A stretch of 64,000 nt of DNA, from the NCBI GenBank assembly GCA_964401835.1, contig CAYNZP010000008.1, forward strand, positions 37,899-101,898. The letters run 5' to 3'. The notes under the pieces were generated by a model, which worked only from the letters and a program-made list of their open reading frames with translations, was not told the origin of the DNA and did not search any database. The number at the start of each line of letters is the position of its first letter. The stretch's first letter is position 1. Source of the stretch: an uncultured Planctomycetaceae bacterium. Lineage in GTDB: Bacteria > Planctomycetota > Phycisphaerae > SM23-33. A program made the translations under genes and the position numbers. Shown one piece after another: positions 1-9,493 of the stretch.

Positions 1-814
1 CAAAACACGACAAATGTCAGCCAGCCGCGTTGTTGAAGAAGTAAAAGCCGTCGATACTTCACACATAACATTTGTCGATGACAATTTCCTCATGAATTAC
101 AAGCGTGAAGACGCTATTGCGGATTTGCTTCAGGCTGAAGGCATCAAGATGCGTTACTCAATAGAGTGCCGCACGGACTCAATAGTCCGTCATCCGGAGC
201 TCGTTGAAAAATGGGTAGACACTGGTCTTTACGCGGTGCTTTTAGGCCTGGAGGGCGCCTCTGACAAGGCCTTGGCTAATGTAAACAAGAAAAATGCAGT
301 TAAGACCAATACCGAGGCCATCAAGATCCTTCAGGACAATGGTGTGATTATCTGGGGTGCTTTTTTGGTCGATCCGCAGTGGGAGGCTGATGATTTCAAA
401 CAATTGCGTGATTATGTGAATCAAAACGAAATCACTCATACGCAATTTACTATTCTCACTCCCTTGCCAGGAACGGAACTCTACCGTCAGAAATTCGGCG
501 AACTTTTAACGTACGACTACACCTGTTTCGATACGATGCACTCTGTCTTGCCGACAAAGCTGCCGCGCGAAGAATTCTATCAGCATTTCGCAAATCTCTA
601 TCAACAAAACGACCTGGGCCCATATTACGACCTCTTACGCGAAGGCAAGCTTTCCCTAGATGATTGCCGGCGCGGTAAGCAAATGCTCGACACGATGAGC
701 GAAAGTGAATATTACTTCGCAAAAGACCCGATACTGGGAAATGTTCGCAGCAAATCAGAGGCCTTGCCTGGAGCCATACTTCAGGGCCAAGAGCGGGATA
801 CGGTAATCAGCTAA
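1..814 (+). CDS. B12-binding-type radical SAM protein, C-terminal part (5' end lies outside window)
   Basis: Frame is open back to position 2. Sequence resembles the C-terminal half of class B radical SAM enzymes (DTSHITFVDDNF, LLGLEGASD). Confidence 0.5.
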   Translation, partial: KTRQMSASRVVEEVKAVDTSHITFVDDNFLMNYKREDAIADLLQAEGIKMRYSIECRTDSIVRHPELVEKWVDTGLYAVLLGLEGASDKALANVNKKNAVKTNTEAIKILQDNGVIIWGAFLVDPQWEADDFKQLRDYVNQNEITHTQFTILTPLPGTELYRQKFGELLTYDYTCFDTMHSVLPTKLPREEFYQHFANLYQQNDLGPYYDLLREGKLSLDDCRRGKQMLDTMSESEYYFAKDPILGNVRSKSEALPGAILQGQERDTVIS

Positions 815-822
815 AACAGCTT

Positions 823-1872
823 TTACATGAATGATTGAAGTTCTTCTGCGTGTTCGAGAATCCAGTTTACTTTCCGCTCTACCATCTGCAGGAAGGGGAA
901 CCCCTGGAGCCTTCCGAATGTTCCGGTAGCGGCTATCGGCAAAACTGCTTCTGCGATCATGGCTTCACACATCAGGTAAGGAATCGATTTGATTTCCGCG
1001 GTAGAGATGACGTTAACTTCGTCATATCCGCGCATGAAACGTTTGAATCTGGCCAAGTCCACATTTTCAGGCCAGTCGGCAGGATTTTCGCTACCGCCTA
1101 TTATCGAAAACTGCAGTGCGCCATTTGCCAGGTCTATCACACGCTGCTGGAGTCTGGTAGCGTCATAATCTATAACCGCGACAACTTTGTGTTTTTTGAA
1201 TAGCATATTCCCCGGATGCCAGTCCCCATGAACAAACTGAACACCCCAGTCCATTAACCCAAGCTCCTCTGTCTTCTTTGCAGAATGTTTGTAGGATTTC
1301 TCGATGGAATGCACCGTGGAAGTAAGAACATCCTTGGGTGGGCGAGCTTCCATAGGCAGAGAGCTTACCGTGTTCCTGATGGCCTGATGAATAGCCCTTG
1401 CATTGTGATAGCTTCCGATAGGTGGAGTAAATTCGCTTTGAAAATCTTCCAGCAATTTATGACAAAGAGCCAAAGTCTTTCCGGAACTGTGTGTCGCATC
1501 CTTCGAGTTGTCATAAGAACTCCCCTCGATAAACTCGAACATCTCATAGATATTGCTATCCAGAACCAGCATCGATTTTTTGTCGCGTTTTGTGACAATC
1601 AAGTGAGGAAGTGGAAAGTTCTGCCTGCCAAGATGAAGTTGTATATGATGCGCGAAGGATACTCTTTCCAGGTCGTTGCGGCCTACTGCGCGGCGTTTAA
1701 AAAGGAACTTGCCACGTTTGGACTCAATTATCAGCTTGGGGGCCTTGCGACTGCCGCGAGAAAATTCCTCGACGCTTGAGATTGCTCCGAGATCGTAATG
1801 ACTCAGGCAAATCGCCAGTTCTTCAAGGCTGAAGTTATCTCTGTCCAGAGCGTTCGGCATAAGAGAATCCAC
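823..1872 (-). CDS. Phosphotransferase, APH / homoserine kinase type II family
   Basis: 349 aa with HGDWHPGNMLF catalytic loop and a downstream IDYD motif typical of the aminoglycoside phosphotransferase fold. Convergent with the upstream radical SAM gene. Confidence 0.6.
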   Translation of the reverse strand: MDSLMPNALDRDNFSLEELAICLSHYDLGAISSVEEFSRGSRKAPKLIIESKRGKFLFKRRAVGRNDLERVSFAHHIQLHLGRQNFPLPHLIVTKRDKKSMLVLDSNIYEMFEFIEGSSYDNSKDATHSSGKTLALCHKLLEDFQSEFTPPIGSYHNARAIHQAIRNTVSSLPMEARPPKDVLTSTVHSIEKSYKHSAKKTEELGLMDWGVQFVHGDWHPGNMLFKKHKVVAVIDYDATRLQQRVIDLANGALQFSIIGGSENPADWPENVDLARFKRFMRGYDEVNVISTAEIKSIPYLMCEAMIAEAVLPIAATGTFGRLQGFPFLQMVERKVNWILEHAEELQSFM

Positions 1873-2117
1873 AAATAAGGCTTAAAAAAAATCCTTCAAT
1901 TGAATATTAGTATCAACTTCTTTTTAATTCTAGAATTATCTAAACTTGTTCCGTCAATAATTAACTTCGACCCAGTGGATATTGTACATTAAGGTTATTT
2001 TGATTTACTGCCGCCTTCTCATTGGCCAACCTGATACAAAATAAATTATATTGGTGTACTGAATATCAGTATTAAGAAAAGATACTTATAAAATCTGGAT
2101 TTTTAACGGAGTTGTCC

Positions 2118-3263
2118 ATGAAAGTTGTTATAGCCCCGGACTCATTCAAGGAGTCGCTTTCAGCTGTCGAGGTTGCCCGGAGTATTTCCGAGGGTGTCTT
2201 GCGGGCGTGCTCTAATGCGATGATAGACCTGTGCCCAATGGCTGACGGTGGAGAGGGAACTGTCGAGGCGATGGTCGCAGCTACAAATGGCGAGCTCCTT
2301 TCAGCCGAGGCGTTCGGGCCCTTGAGAGAACCCGTTACTGCCAGGTTCGGCCTGCTTGGAGGAAATGAGAACTCAAAAGTTGCCGTGATAGAAATGGCTG
2401 GGGCTTCGGGTCTGGAAATTGTGCCTGCTGATAAAAGAAATCCGCTTGTAACTACGACATTCGGTACGGGCCAATTAATACTGGCTGCTCTCGACGCCGG
2501 CGCAAATGAGATACTTATCGGCATCGGGGGTTCAGCTACCGTTGATGGAGGCTGCGGCTGCGCTCAGGCAATCGGCCTGACTTTCATCAGCAAATCTGGC
2601 AAGCCATGTACATGTGGCATGGGGGGCGGAAGTTTATTACAAGTAGATAAAATTGACATCTCGGACAGAGACCCACGCATAGCAGATACTCGCATAAGGG
2701 TCGCATGCGACGTTACCAACCCATTGACCGGCCCCAACGGAGCTGCCGCCGTTTACGGCCCACAGAAGGGCGCAACTGAGGAAATGGTGACTCAGCTTGA
2801 TGCGGGACTCGCTCATCTGGCTAGAGTTATTAAGCGTCAACTCGGCTTGAAAATAGATCAGATGCCAGGCGCTGGCGCCGCCGGTGGCCTTGGCGGGGGA
2901 TTGATGGCGTTTGCCGGCGCTAAACTCGAGCCGGGCTTGTCAATTGTAGCCGAGGAATTAAAACTTGCCGAAAGGCTCAGCGGAGCGGACCTTTGCATAA
3001 CAGGCGAAGGAAAATTCGATTCTCAAAGTCTTTCAGGCAAGACAGCTGTGGGAGTGGCGCAAATCGCCGCAAAACAGGGCGTGCCGGTCATATGTATTCC
3101 CGGTCAGGCGGATAAAAATGTCGATTGCGATCTCTTCGCGGACATCAGGCCGCTGGTTGCGGATGACGTCCGAGTTGAAGATGCCATCAAAAACCCGAAA
3201 GCACTTCTTCAAAAACGCTCTATGGAAGCTGTGCAGAATTTCCTGCAAAAACTGGACGACTAA
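2118..3263 (+). CDS. Glycerate kinase
   Basis: MKVVIAPDSFKESLSA N-terminus plus the GGGSATVDGG and AGAAGGLGGG motifs of the GlxK/GarK family. The track ORF begins at a TTG at 2112; the ATG at 2118 is the likely start. Confidence 0.8.
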   Translation: MKVVIAPDSFKESLSAVEVARSISEGVLRACSNAMIDLCPMADGGEGTVEAMVAATNGELLSAEAFGPLREPVTARFGLLGGNENSKVAVIEMAGASGLEIVPADKRNPLVTTTFGTGQLILAALDAGANEILIGIGGSATVDGGCGCAQAIGLTFISKSGKPCTCGMGGGSLLQVDKIDISDRDPRIADTRIRVACDVTNPLTGPNGAAAVYGPQKGATEEMVTQLDAGLAHLARVIKRQLGLKIDQMPGAGAAGGLGGGLMAFAGAKLEPGLSIVAEELKLAERLSGADLCITGEGKFDSQSLSGKTAVGVAQIAAKQGVPVICIPGQADKNVDCDLFADIRPLVADDVRVEDAIKNPKALLQKRSMEAVQNFLQKLDD

Positions 3264-3352
3264 TATCTGAAACCTCACGCCAGGCTCTTGTCATAAATGA
3301 AAGTTGTAGATAAGCTACATCCTTTGAATTGCTGAAACACCTGAGGAACAAT

Positions 3353-4645
3353 ATGGATTATTTTGAATACAAGAACGGTAAGTTGTTTTGTGAAGATGTT
3401 GACGTAGCAGATATCGCCGCATCGGCCGGCACGCCGGTTTACATTTACTCAGCTGCTACGTTGCGGCATCACTACAGGGCAATGGTCGACGCCTTTGCCG
3501 AGGTCAATCCAACCATCTGCTTTTCGATAAAGTCTCTCAGTAACTTGTCTGTCATTAAGTTGCTTGCCAGCGAGGGCAGTGGTTTTGATGTCGTCTCCGG
3601 AGGAGAACTTGCTCGCGCCATTGCTGTCGGTGTCGATTCTTCTAAGATAGTTTTCGCAGGAGTCGCAAAGACTGACCAAGAAATTTCAGAAGCAATCGAG
3701 GCGGGGATCGGTCTGTTTAATGTCGAATCTGAGGCTGAATTCGAAAATATCTCCCGCATGGCTGCGGTGGCTGGTAAGAAGACTCGCGCCGCTGTTCGGA
3801 TTAATCCGGACATCTACGATCCGAAGACGCATGTCAAGACTACTACCGGCAAGAAGGAAACCAAGTTCGGCGTGGATATCGACCGGGCGGAAAAGTTTTT
3901 CGAAACATACGGGAATGACAAAAATGTTTCTCTCGACGCTATTGATTTGCACATAGGTTCTCCGATTTATTCTGCCGAGCCATATGTAAGGGCAATCAGG
4001 AAGACCTTTGAGCTGATCGACGCTTTACGGGCCAAGGGAATTGAAATCCGCACACTCGATATCGGCGGCGGTTATGCTGCTGACTACGAGGAAGGTGCAT
4101 CGCCATTGGCGGCTGACTATGCGCTGGACATCGTTCCGCTGCTAAGCGGTAGCGGCCTGGAGATAATCCTTGAACCGGGAAGGCAGATTGCCTGCAACGC
4201 GGGCATACTCCTGACACAGGTGCAGTACATTAAGCAGGGCGGTACGAAAAAGTTTGTAATCGTGGATGCGGCAATGACCGACCTGATCCGCCCGGCCTTG
4301 TATGACTCGCAGCATTTTATCTATCCAGCCAGGTTGGGTAAAAATGAACCAGCCCCGCAGCGGAAGATGGACTATTCTCCAACTGGAGGCGACAAAGTCG
4401 ACGTCGTAGGCGGAGTATGCGAATCGTCAGATTTCCTCTGCAAGGACCGCGTCCTGCCGGAGCTCAACCGCGGCGACATGGTGGCTGTGTTCTCGGCTGG
4501 AGCTTATGGGTTTGTCATGTCCAGCACATATAACTCCAGGCCACGCTCGGCGGAGGTACTGGTCGAGGGTGATAAGTGGAAAGTCGTCCGGCCGCGTGAG
4601 ACATATGACGATTTGTTTTCCTCCGAATTGGATGCCATCAGCTGA
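3353..4645 (+). CDS. lysA: Diaminopimelate decarboxylase
   Basis: MDYFEYKNGKLFCEDV...PVYIYS start and PLP fold III decarboxylase motifs (ILEPGR, CESSD). Track start 3329 is TTG; ATG at 3353 preferred. Confidence 0.85.
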   Translation: MDYFEYKNGKLFCEDVDVADIAASAGTPVYIYSAATLRHHYRAMVDAFAEVNPTICFSIKSLSNLSVIKLLASEGSGFDVVSGGELARAIAVGVDSSKIVFAGVAKTDQEISEAIEAGIGLFNVESEAEFENISRMAAVAGKKTRAAVRINPDIYDPKTHVKTTTGKKETKFGVDIDRAEKFFETYGNDKNVSLDAIDLHIGSPIYSAEPYVRAIRKTFELIDALRAKGIEIRTLDIGGGYAADYEEGASPLAADYALDIVPLLSGSGLEIILEPGRQIACNAGILLTQVQYIKQGGTKKFVIVDAAMTDLIRPALYDSQHFIYPARLGKNEPAPQRKMDYSPTGGDKVDVVGGVCESSDFLCKDRVLPELNRGDMVAVFSAGAYGFVMSSTYNSRPRSAEVLVEGDKWKVVRPRETYDDLFSSELDAIS

Positions 4646-4667
4646 CATGTCCGGATTGTAAAGGCGG

Positions 4668-4973
4668 CTATTTCTGCGGAGATGTCGCCAGACAGACCAG
4701 CCGTTTTTCACCCGTAGCAGTTATTGTGTGCGCTTCGCTGGGCGCAAAGGCAAAAAATTGGCCGGAAATCAATTTTGCACGCTGAGAGCCATATGCCACA
4801 GAGGCCATTCCTGTGATGACATAATAAGACCACTCACCGGAGCTGACCTTTTCATCCTGGCCTGGTTCCATGCACAAAAGCTCTGCGCGGAGATTCCAGC
4901 CTTTATGTATTTTCACTCGCTGCGGTCTGGCGGTGCTGAAGCGGACCTTAGCTATGGCGTTTACAAGGTTCAT
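4668..4973 (-). CDS. Cupin domain protein
   Basis: 101 aa with the small beta-barrel cupin pattern. Convergent with lysA. Confidence 0.45.
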   Translation of the reverse strand: MNLVNAIAKVRFSTARPQRVKIHKGWNLRAELLCMEPGQDEKVSSGEWSYYVITGMASVAYGSQRAKLISGQFFAFAPSEAHTITATGEKRLVCLATSPQK

Positions 4974-5138
4974 ATTTCACCTTCAGCGGCTAATTCCTAG
5001 CATGTTTTATTCCCAAATCCGAAGTTTCAGTGAAATGTTCATTCCTGATGGTATATTACATAATCCCAGCGATATTGCAATCGTCTGGATTTGTTCATAA
5101 AGTTATAGTGAAATCGTAAGGAAGCCATAAGCGACAAA

Positions 5139-6776
5139 ATGAAAATAGCTATTGCCCAATACAATCCGATTGTCGGTGACATTTCCGGCAACAGCGAAAA
5201 GATGGCTGATTTTATTTCGCGAGCCAAAAAGGCCCAGGCCGACCTGGTGGTCTTTTGCGAGCTTTCGATGGTCGGATATCCGCCGCGCGACCTTTTGAGA
5301 AAATCTGGATTCGTCGCCGACAATGTCTCTGCCGTAGAAAATCTTGCCAAACAATGCAAGGGCATCTCCGCATTGATCGGATACGTTCAACCGAGCAGCA
5401 GCACCGCTGGCAGAGAATTGCAAAATGCCGCAGCACTGCTAGCCGACGGTGAAATCAAACATATCCATGTAAAGACACTGCTGCCAACTTATGACGTTTT
5501 CGACGAAACACGGTATTTTGAGCCGGGACCAAAAACCGCCTGCATAGAAATTGCCGGTAAAAAAATAGGCCTGAGCATCTGTGAAGACCTATGGGACGCC
5601 CAGGCACTGGGTAGGGAGCTTTATGGAACGGACCCGATTGCTGCGATAACAGACAGTGGTGCAGAGATAATAATTAACATGGCTGCCAGCCCTTTTCAGA
5701 TAGGAAAGGCTCGGATACGCGAAGAGCTTTTCAAGAGACAGGCCCAGCGTACCAAACGGCCGATTGTTTATGTGAATCAGGTTGGCGGTAATGATGAGCT
5801 TCTTTTCGACGGGGGGAGCTGTGTCTTTTCGGCTGATGGCGGGCTTATGGCCAGAGCCAGGAGCTTCGACCAAGACTTGCTCGTAGTCGATATGGATAGC
5901 AAGGATAACCGACTGGAACCTCTGAATTCTGAGATGCAACGCCTCTCTGCGGGCCTGAAAATGGGGCTGCGGGATTATGTCAATAAATGCGGTTTCAAAA
6001 GCGTTGTTTTGGGGCTTTCAGGGGGAATCGATTCCGCTGTTGTCGCAGCTATCGCAGCGGATGCCCTGGGCAGCCAAAACGTTCATGCCATTGCCATGCC
6101 AAGCAGATACAGCAGCGAGCATAGCCTCAGCGACGCTGAAAGCCTCGCCAAAAACCTTGGCATTCACTACTACGTCGTCCCGATAGAATCGATGCACCAG
6201 GCCTTTGAGGACTCCCTGGCTGAGACTTTTAAGAAGGGTGGGGGTGATACCGCAGCAGAAAATATTCAGGCGAGAATACGCGGGAATATTGTCATGGCCT
6301 TTAGCAATGCCTTCGGCCATTTGCCACTTGCCACCGGTAATAAATCCGAACTTTCTACGGGCTATTGCACCCTTTACGGGGATATGTGCGGCGGTCTTGC
6401 ACCAATCGGCGATGTATTGAAGACAATTACCTATGAATTGGCCCAGCAGCTCAATGACGAGGCTGGCGAAGACAGGATTCCCCGCAGCACAATAACCAAG
6501 CCTCCCTCGGCGGAGCTGAAACCGGACCAAATAGATCAGGATAAATTGCCGCCTTACGAGTTGCTGGACGAGATACTAAAAAGGTACATAGAGCAGGACA
6601 AAAACGCGGAGCAGATTATCTCTGATGGCTTCGATCAGAGCGTCGTCCGCCGAATTGTCAGGATGGTCGATCTGGCTGAGTACAAGCGCAAGCAGGCGGC
6701 GCCCGTCCTTAAAGTAACTGCCCGGGCCTTTGGCACCGGACGACGGATGCCAATTGCGCAACGGTATAAGATTTAG
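5139..6776 (+). CDS. nadE: Glutamine-dependent NAD+ synthetase (nitrilase domain + NadE domain)
   Basis: N-terminal CN-hydrolase domain (CELSMVGYPPRD, ICEDLW). C-terminal NAD synthetase domain with the SGGIDS P-loop. Confidence 0.85.
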   Translation: MKIAIAQYNPIVGDISGNSEKMADFISRAKKAQADLVVFCELSMVGYPPRDLLRKSGFVADNVSAVENLAKQCKGISALIGYVQPSSSTAGRELQNAAALLADGEIKHIHVKTLLPTYDVFDETRYFEPGPKTACIEIAGKKIGLSICEDLWDAQALGRELYGTDPIAAITDSGAEIIINMAASPFQIGKARIREELFKRQAQRTKRPIVYVNQVGGNDELLFDGGSCVFSADGGLMARARSFDQDLLVVDMDSKDNRLEPLNSEMQRLSAGLKMGLRDYVNKCGFKSVVLGLSGGIDSAVVAAIAADALGSQNVHAIAMPSRYSSEHSLSDAESLAKNLGIHYYVVPIESMHQAFEDSLAETFKKGGGDTAAENIQARIRGNIVMAFSNAFGHLPLATGNKSELSTGYCTLYGDMCGGLAPIGDVLKTITYELAQQLNDEAGEDRIPRSTITKPPSAELKPDQIDQDKLPPYELLDEILKRYIEQDKNAEQIISDGFDQSVVRRIVRMVDLAEYKRKQAAPVLKVTARAFGTGRRMPIAQRYKI

Positions 6777-6787
6777 GAGTCAATTTC

Positions 6788-7564
6788 TTGCCATCCCAAA
6801 GAAAGTTTAAATTTATCGGCTGCGAGGTTCTTTATCGCGAAGCCTGTTACTTGGCAGCTACCTGCAAAAACCATGTAGATATTGAGTTCCTCAAAAAAGG
6901 GCTGCATGACGTTGAAACCTGCGATATGCTCGCAAAGGTCCAATCAATAATTGACTCTGTCGATCCCGAGGAAGGTTACGAGGCCATTTTACTCGGTTAT
7001 GCTCGATGCAATAACGGAGTAGTGGGCCTTACCGCCCGGGACACACAACTTGTGATTCCCCGTGCCCACGACTGCATAAGCCTCTTTTTCGGTTCCCGGC
7101 AGCAGTACAAGGAATACTTCGATGCCAACCCCGGCACGTACTTTATGACTTCGGGCTGGTCTGAAAGAGAAAACTTCGGCGAGTGCGAATATTCTCGACC
7201 AGCCTATGGCATGGAAGGGGTGATGGGCAAAATAGGCTTGGCTGAGCCTTACGAAAAAATGGTCGAAAAGTACGGCAAGGAGCAGGCCGATTTCATTATG
7301 GAAACTCTTGGCGATTGGCGGAAAAACTACAGCAAGTGCTGCTATATTGAGATGGGAATTTGCGATGAAGCCCAGTTAATTCAGGAAGCACGTGAAAAAG
7401 CAGCCGAGAACAATTGGGAGTTCGAGCTCATCAAAGGCGACCTGGGCCTACTGAAAAACCTCTTCGATGGCCAGTGGGATGAAGATTTTGTCACCATCCC
7501 GGCGGGGGGGGAAATCACATCACGCAACGACGAGTTTGTTCTGGACTCAGACGCAAATACTTAA
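6788..7564 (+). CDS. Hypothetical protein, DUF1638-like
   Basis: 258 aa. TTG start preceded by an AGGAG RBS 8 nt upstream. The IPRAHDCISLFFGS motif resembles the DUF1638 family. Function unknown. Confidence 0.45.
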   Translation: MPSQRKFKFIGCEVLYREACYLAATCKNHVDIEFLKKGLHDVETCDMLAKVQSIIDSVDPEEGYEAILLGYARCNNGVVGLTARDTQLVIPRAHDCISLFFGSRQQYKEYFDANPGTYFMTSGWSERENFGECEYSRPAYGMEGVMGKIGLAEPYEKMVEKYGKEQADFIMETLGDWRKNYSKCCYIEMGICDEAQLIQEAREKAAENNWEFELIKGDLGLLKNLFDGQWDEDFVTIPAGGEITSRNDEFVLDSDANT

Positions 7565-8295
7565 ACTCGTTTTCGACGAATCAGCCCAAGCCCACCGAGA
7601 ACCAGCATCGAAAGTGTAGCCGGCTCGGGGTTAACGGCACCGCCAACACCTACGGCCCATTCTTCAAAGCCATCATCTGAAGCGACATTTTGGCCGAATT
7701 CAGAATACAGATATATATACTTTGCGTCGTCTGTCCCGAAAAGATTATTTGGGACAAGTAAAGTCATATCACCTGAGCCGCTTCCACTTGAAAGACTCGC
7801 ATCTAACAATATCCAATTATCCACGGAATCATCCAAACTATAGATTAATTGCCCAAACGAATTGTCATAACCGGTCAGATTGCCGGAATCGGCTAGACGA
7901 ATCTCGAGCGAATCAAGTGATATGAAACTTGTCGAGCCACTTACCTCGTTTGTATCCAATATGAACTCACGATAGGTAATTCCGCTGAAATTTAAGGTCG
8001 GCACAGCTGATAATTGCAGAGAATGAGTAAATTGTCCGCTTTTGGTTTCGAACTCAGTCTTGCCGCCGGTGTTGTAACCCTTTTCCACTCCACTTCCTTG
8101 TATTCTCAGAAAAGAATCCATCGAGCCGGAACCTGTCGAACTAGCAGGGTCAAATTGCATGAAGACCGCGTTATTTACAACTCCAGTGGAACCCTGTTGG
8201 GTAAGGTCGAGCATCGAACCTCTGGCAGAATCAGTAAACATCACCAGCGCGATAATCGCCAGTGTCTTCAGGACATAAGAGAAAGCCCTTAACAT
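7561..8295 (-). CDS. PEP-CTERM sorting-domain secreted protein
   Basis: N-terminal signal peptide. C-terminal PEPATLSMLVLGGLGLIRRKRV is a canonical PEP-CTERM motif followed by a TM helix and basic tail. Confidence 0.75.
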   Translation of the reverse strand: MLRAFSYVLKTLAIIALVMFTDSARGSMLDLTQQGSTGVVNNAVFMQFDPASSTGSGSMDSFLRIQGSGVEKGYNTGGKTEFETKSGQFTHSLQLSAVPTLNFSGITYREFILDTNEVSGSTSFISLDSLEIRLADSGNLTGYDNSFGQLIYSLDDSVDNWILLDASLSSGSGSGDMTLLVPNNLFGTDDAKYIYLYSEFGQNVASDDGFEEWAVGVGGAVNPEPATLSMLVLGGLGLIRRKRV

Positions 8296-8508
8296 TTTTC
8301 CCTCTTTTCAAACGGCTCTTTTTGAAAAGCAAGTATTAACACAAACAATTAGCATTAACAATGAGTCAGGCAGGAATACTTGCAAGGCGTGCCTAACCCT
8401 CCAATTCAATTACCGCTGGCTCTTAGCGGTATTCAGATAACTGAAGTAGTATAAGGCCTTTTTATGTCGAGGTGTTAAAAAAAATTCTAAATAATTTTTT
8501 AATTATTT

Positions 8509-9330
8509 TCACAACCGGCGAAGATGGAAACCGCCATCGACATTTATTACTTCACCGGTAGAGAAGGGCAGCAGGTCTTGGGCTATGGCCGTAATTGCCC
8601 GTGAAACATCCTCGGGCCGGCCCCAACGGCGAAGCGGTGTCAGGCCCTGGGAAATCAAATCATCGTATTTTGCATGTGCAGAATCCAGGGCGCCGGCAGA
8701 GATTATCCCAGTGCGCAACTCATAGACGTTAACGCCGTGTTCGCCCAGGCTGTCGGCGAACAGTTTTGTCATCATGGCAAGGGCGGATCGGGCGATGCAG
8801 TGAGGACCATGATCGACGCTCGTGGTGTAGGCACTTATGGAATTGATTGTCACGATCTTCGGGTTCTCTATCTGCCCAGCCTCGACAAGACGCACCATCT
8901 CATTGGCTATCAGTTGAGTGAAGAACAGCGTCCCTTCGACAATTGTTTCCATAACCTGTCGATACGTATCTTGCGACAACTCCAAAAGGTCGGCTGATGC
9001 GACAGTATGGAAGGAGGGGCAGTTAACAAGCAGGTCAATCTGTCCAAACTGTTCGACAGCCGCCTCGACAAGCTGCTCTCGCTGAGAGGCAACGCTTAAA
9101 TCTGCCTGAAAGGAGAAAGCTTCTATTTCGCTGCGCGAACCTGCGGTTTTTTGACCGGCTGCTGTGATATCGGCCAGAGCTTCATCGGCTGACTCTTGCT
9201 CACTGCTGTATTGAAGGAACACCGACCAGCCTTTACGAGCCAGCTCGATGGCAGCCGACTTGCCAAGTCCACTGGTTCCGCCTGTGATAAGCGCAACACG
9301 AAATTTTTGATCATCCATGACCCAATTCAC
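8509..9330 (-). CDS. SDR family oxidoreductase
   Basis: TGGTSGLGK Rossmann motif and short-chain dehydrogenase length. Confidence 0.8.
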   Translation of the reverse strand: MNWVMDDQKFRVALITGGTSGLGKSAAIELARKGWSVFLQYSSEQESADEALADITAAGQKTAGSRSEIEAFSFQADLSVASQREQLVEAAVEQFGQIDLLVNCPSFHTVASADLLELSQDTYRQVMETIVEGTLFFTQLIANEMVRLVEAGQIENPKIVTINSISAYTTSVDHGPHCIARSALAMMTKLFADSLGEHGVNVYELRTGIISAGALDSAHAKYDDLISQGLTPLRRWGRPEDVSRAITAIAQDLLPFSTGEVINVDGGFHLRRL

Positions 9331-9429
9331 CTTATGTTTTATTCTTAGAGCTTATCTTAATTTATCGGCCTAAGGTGTCTGGAAAGATTTGCCTGTTTTG
9401 CAGTTATTCACTACAACGCTTTTTCGAAT

Positions 9430-9466
9430 TAAAAAAACGGCATGACCTGTGAGCAAGCCATGCCGT
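9430..9466 (-). terminator. Rho-independent terminator after the LeuC-like gene
   Basis: On the minus strand: ACGGCATGGCTTGCTCACAGGTCATGCCGT hairpin followed by a U7 run, 28 nt after the stop codon. Confidence 0.5.
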
Positions 9467-9493
9467 AAATTAGAGATTAATTGTTACAAATCG

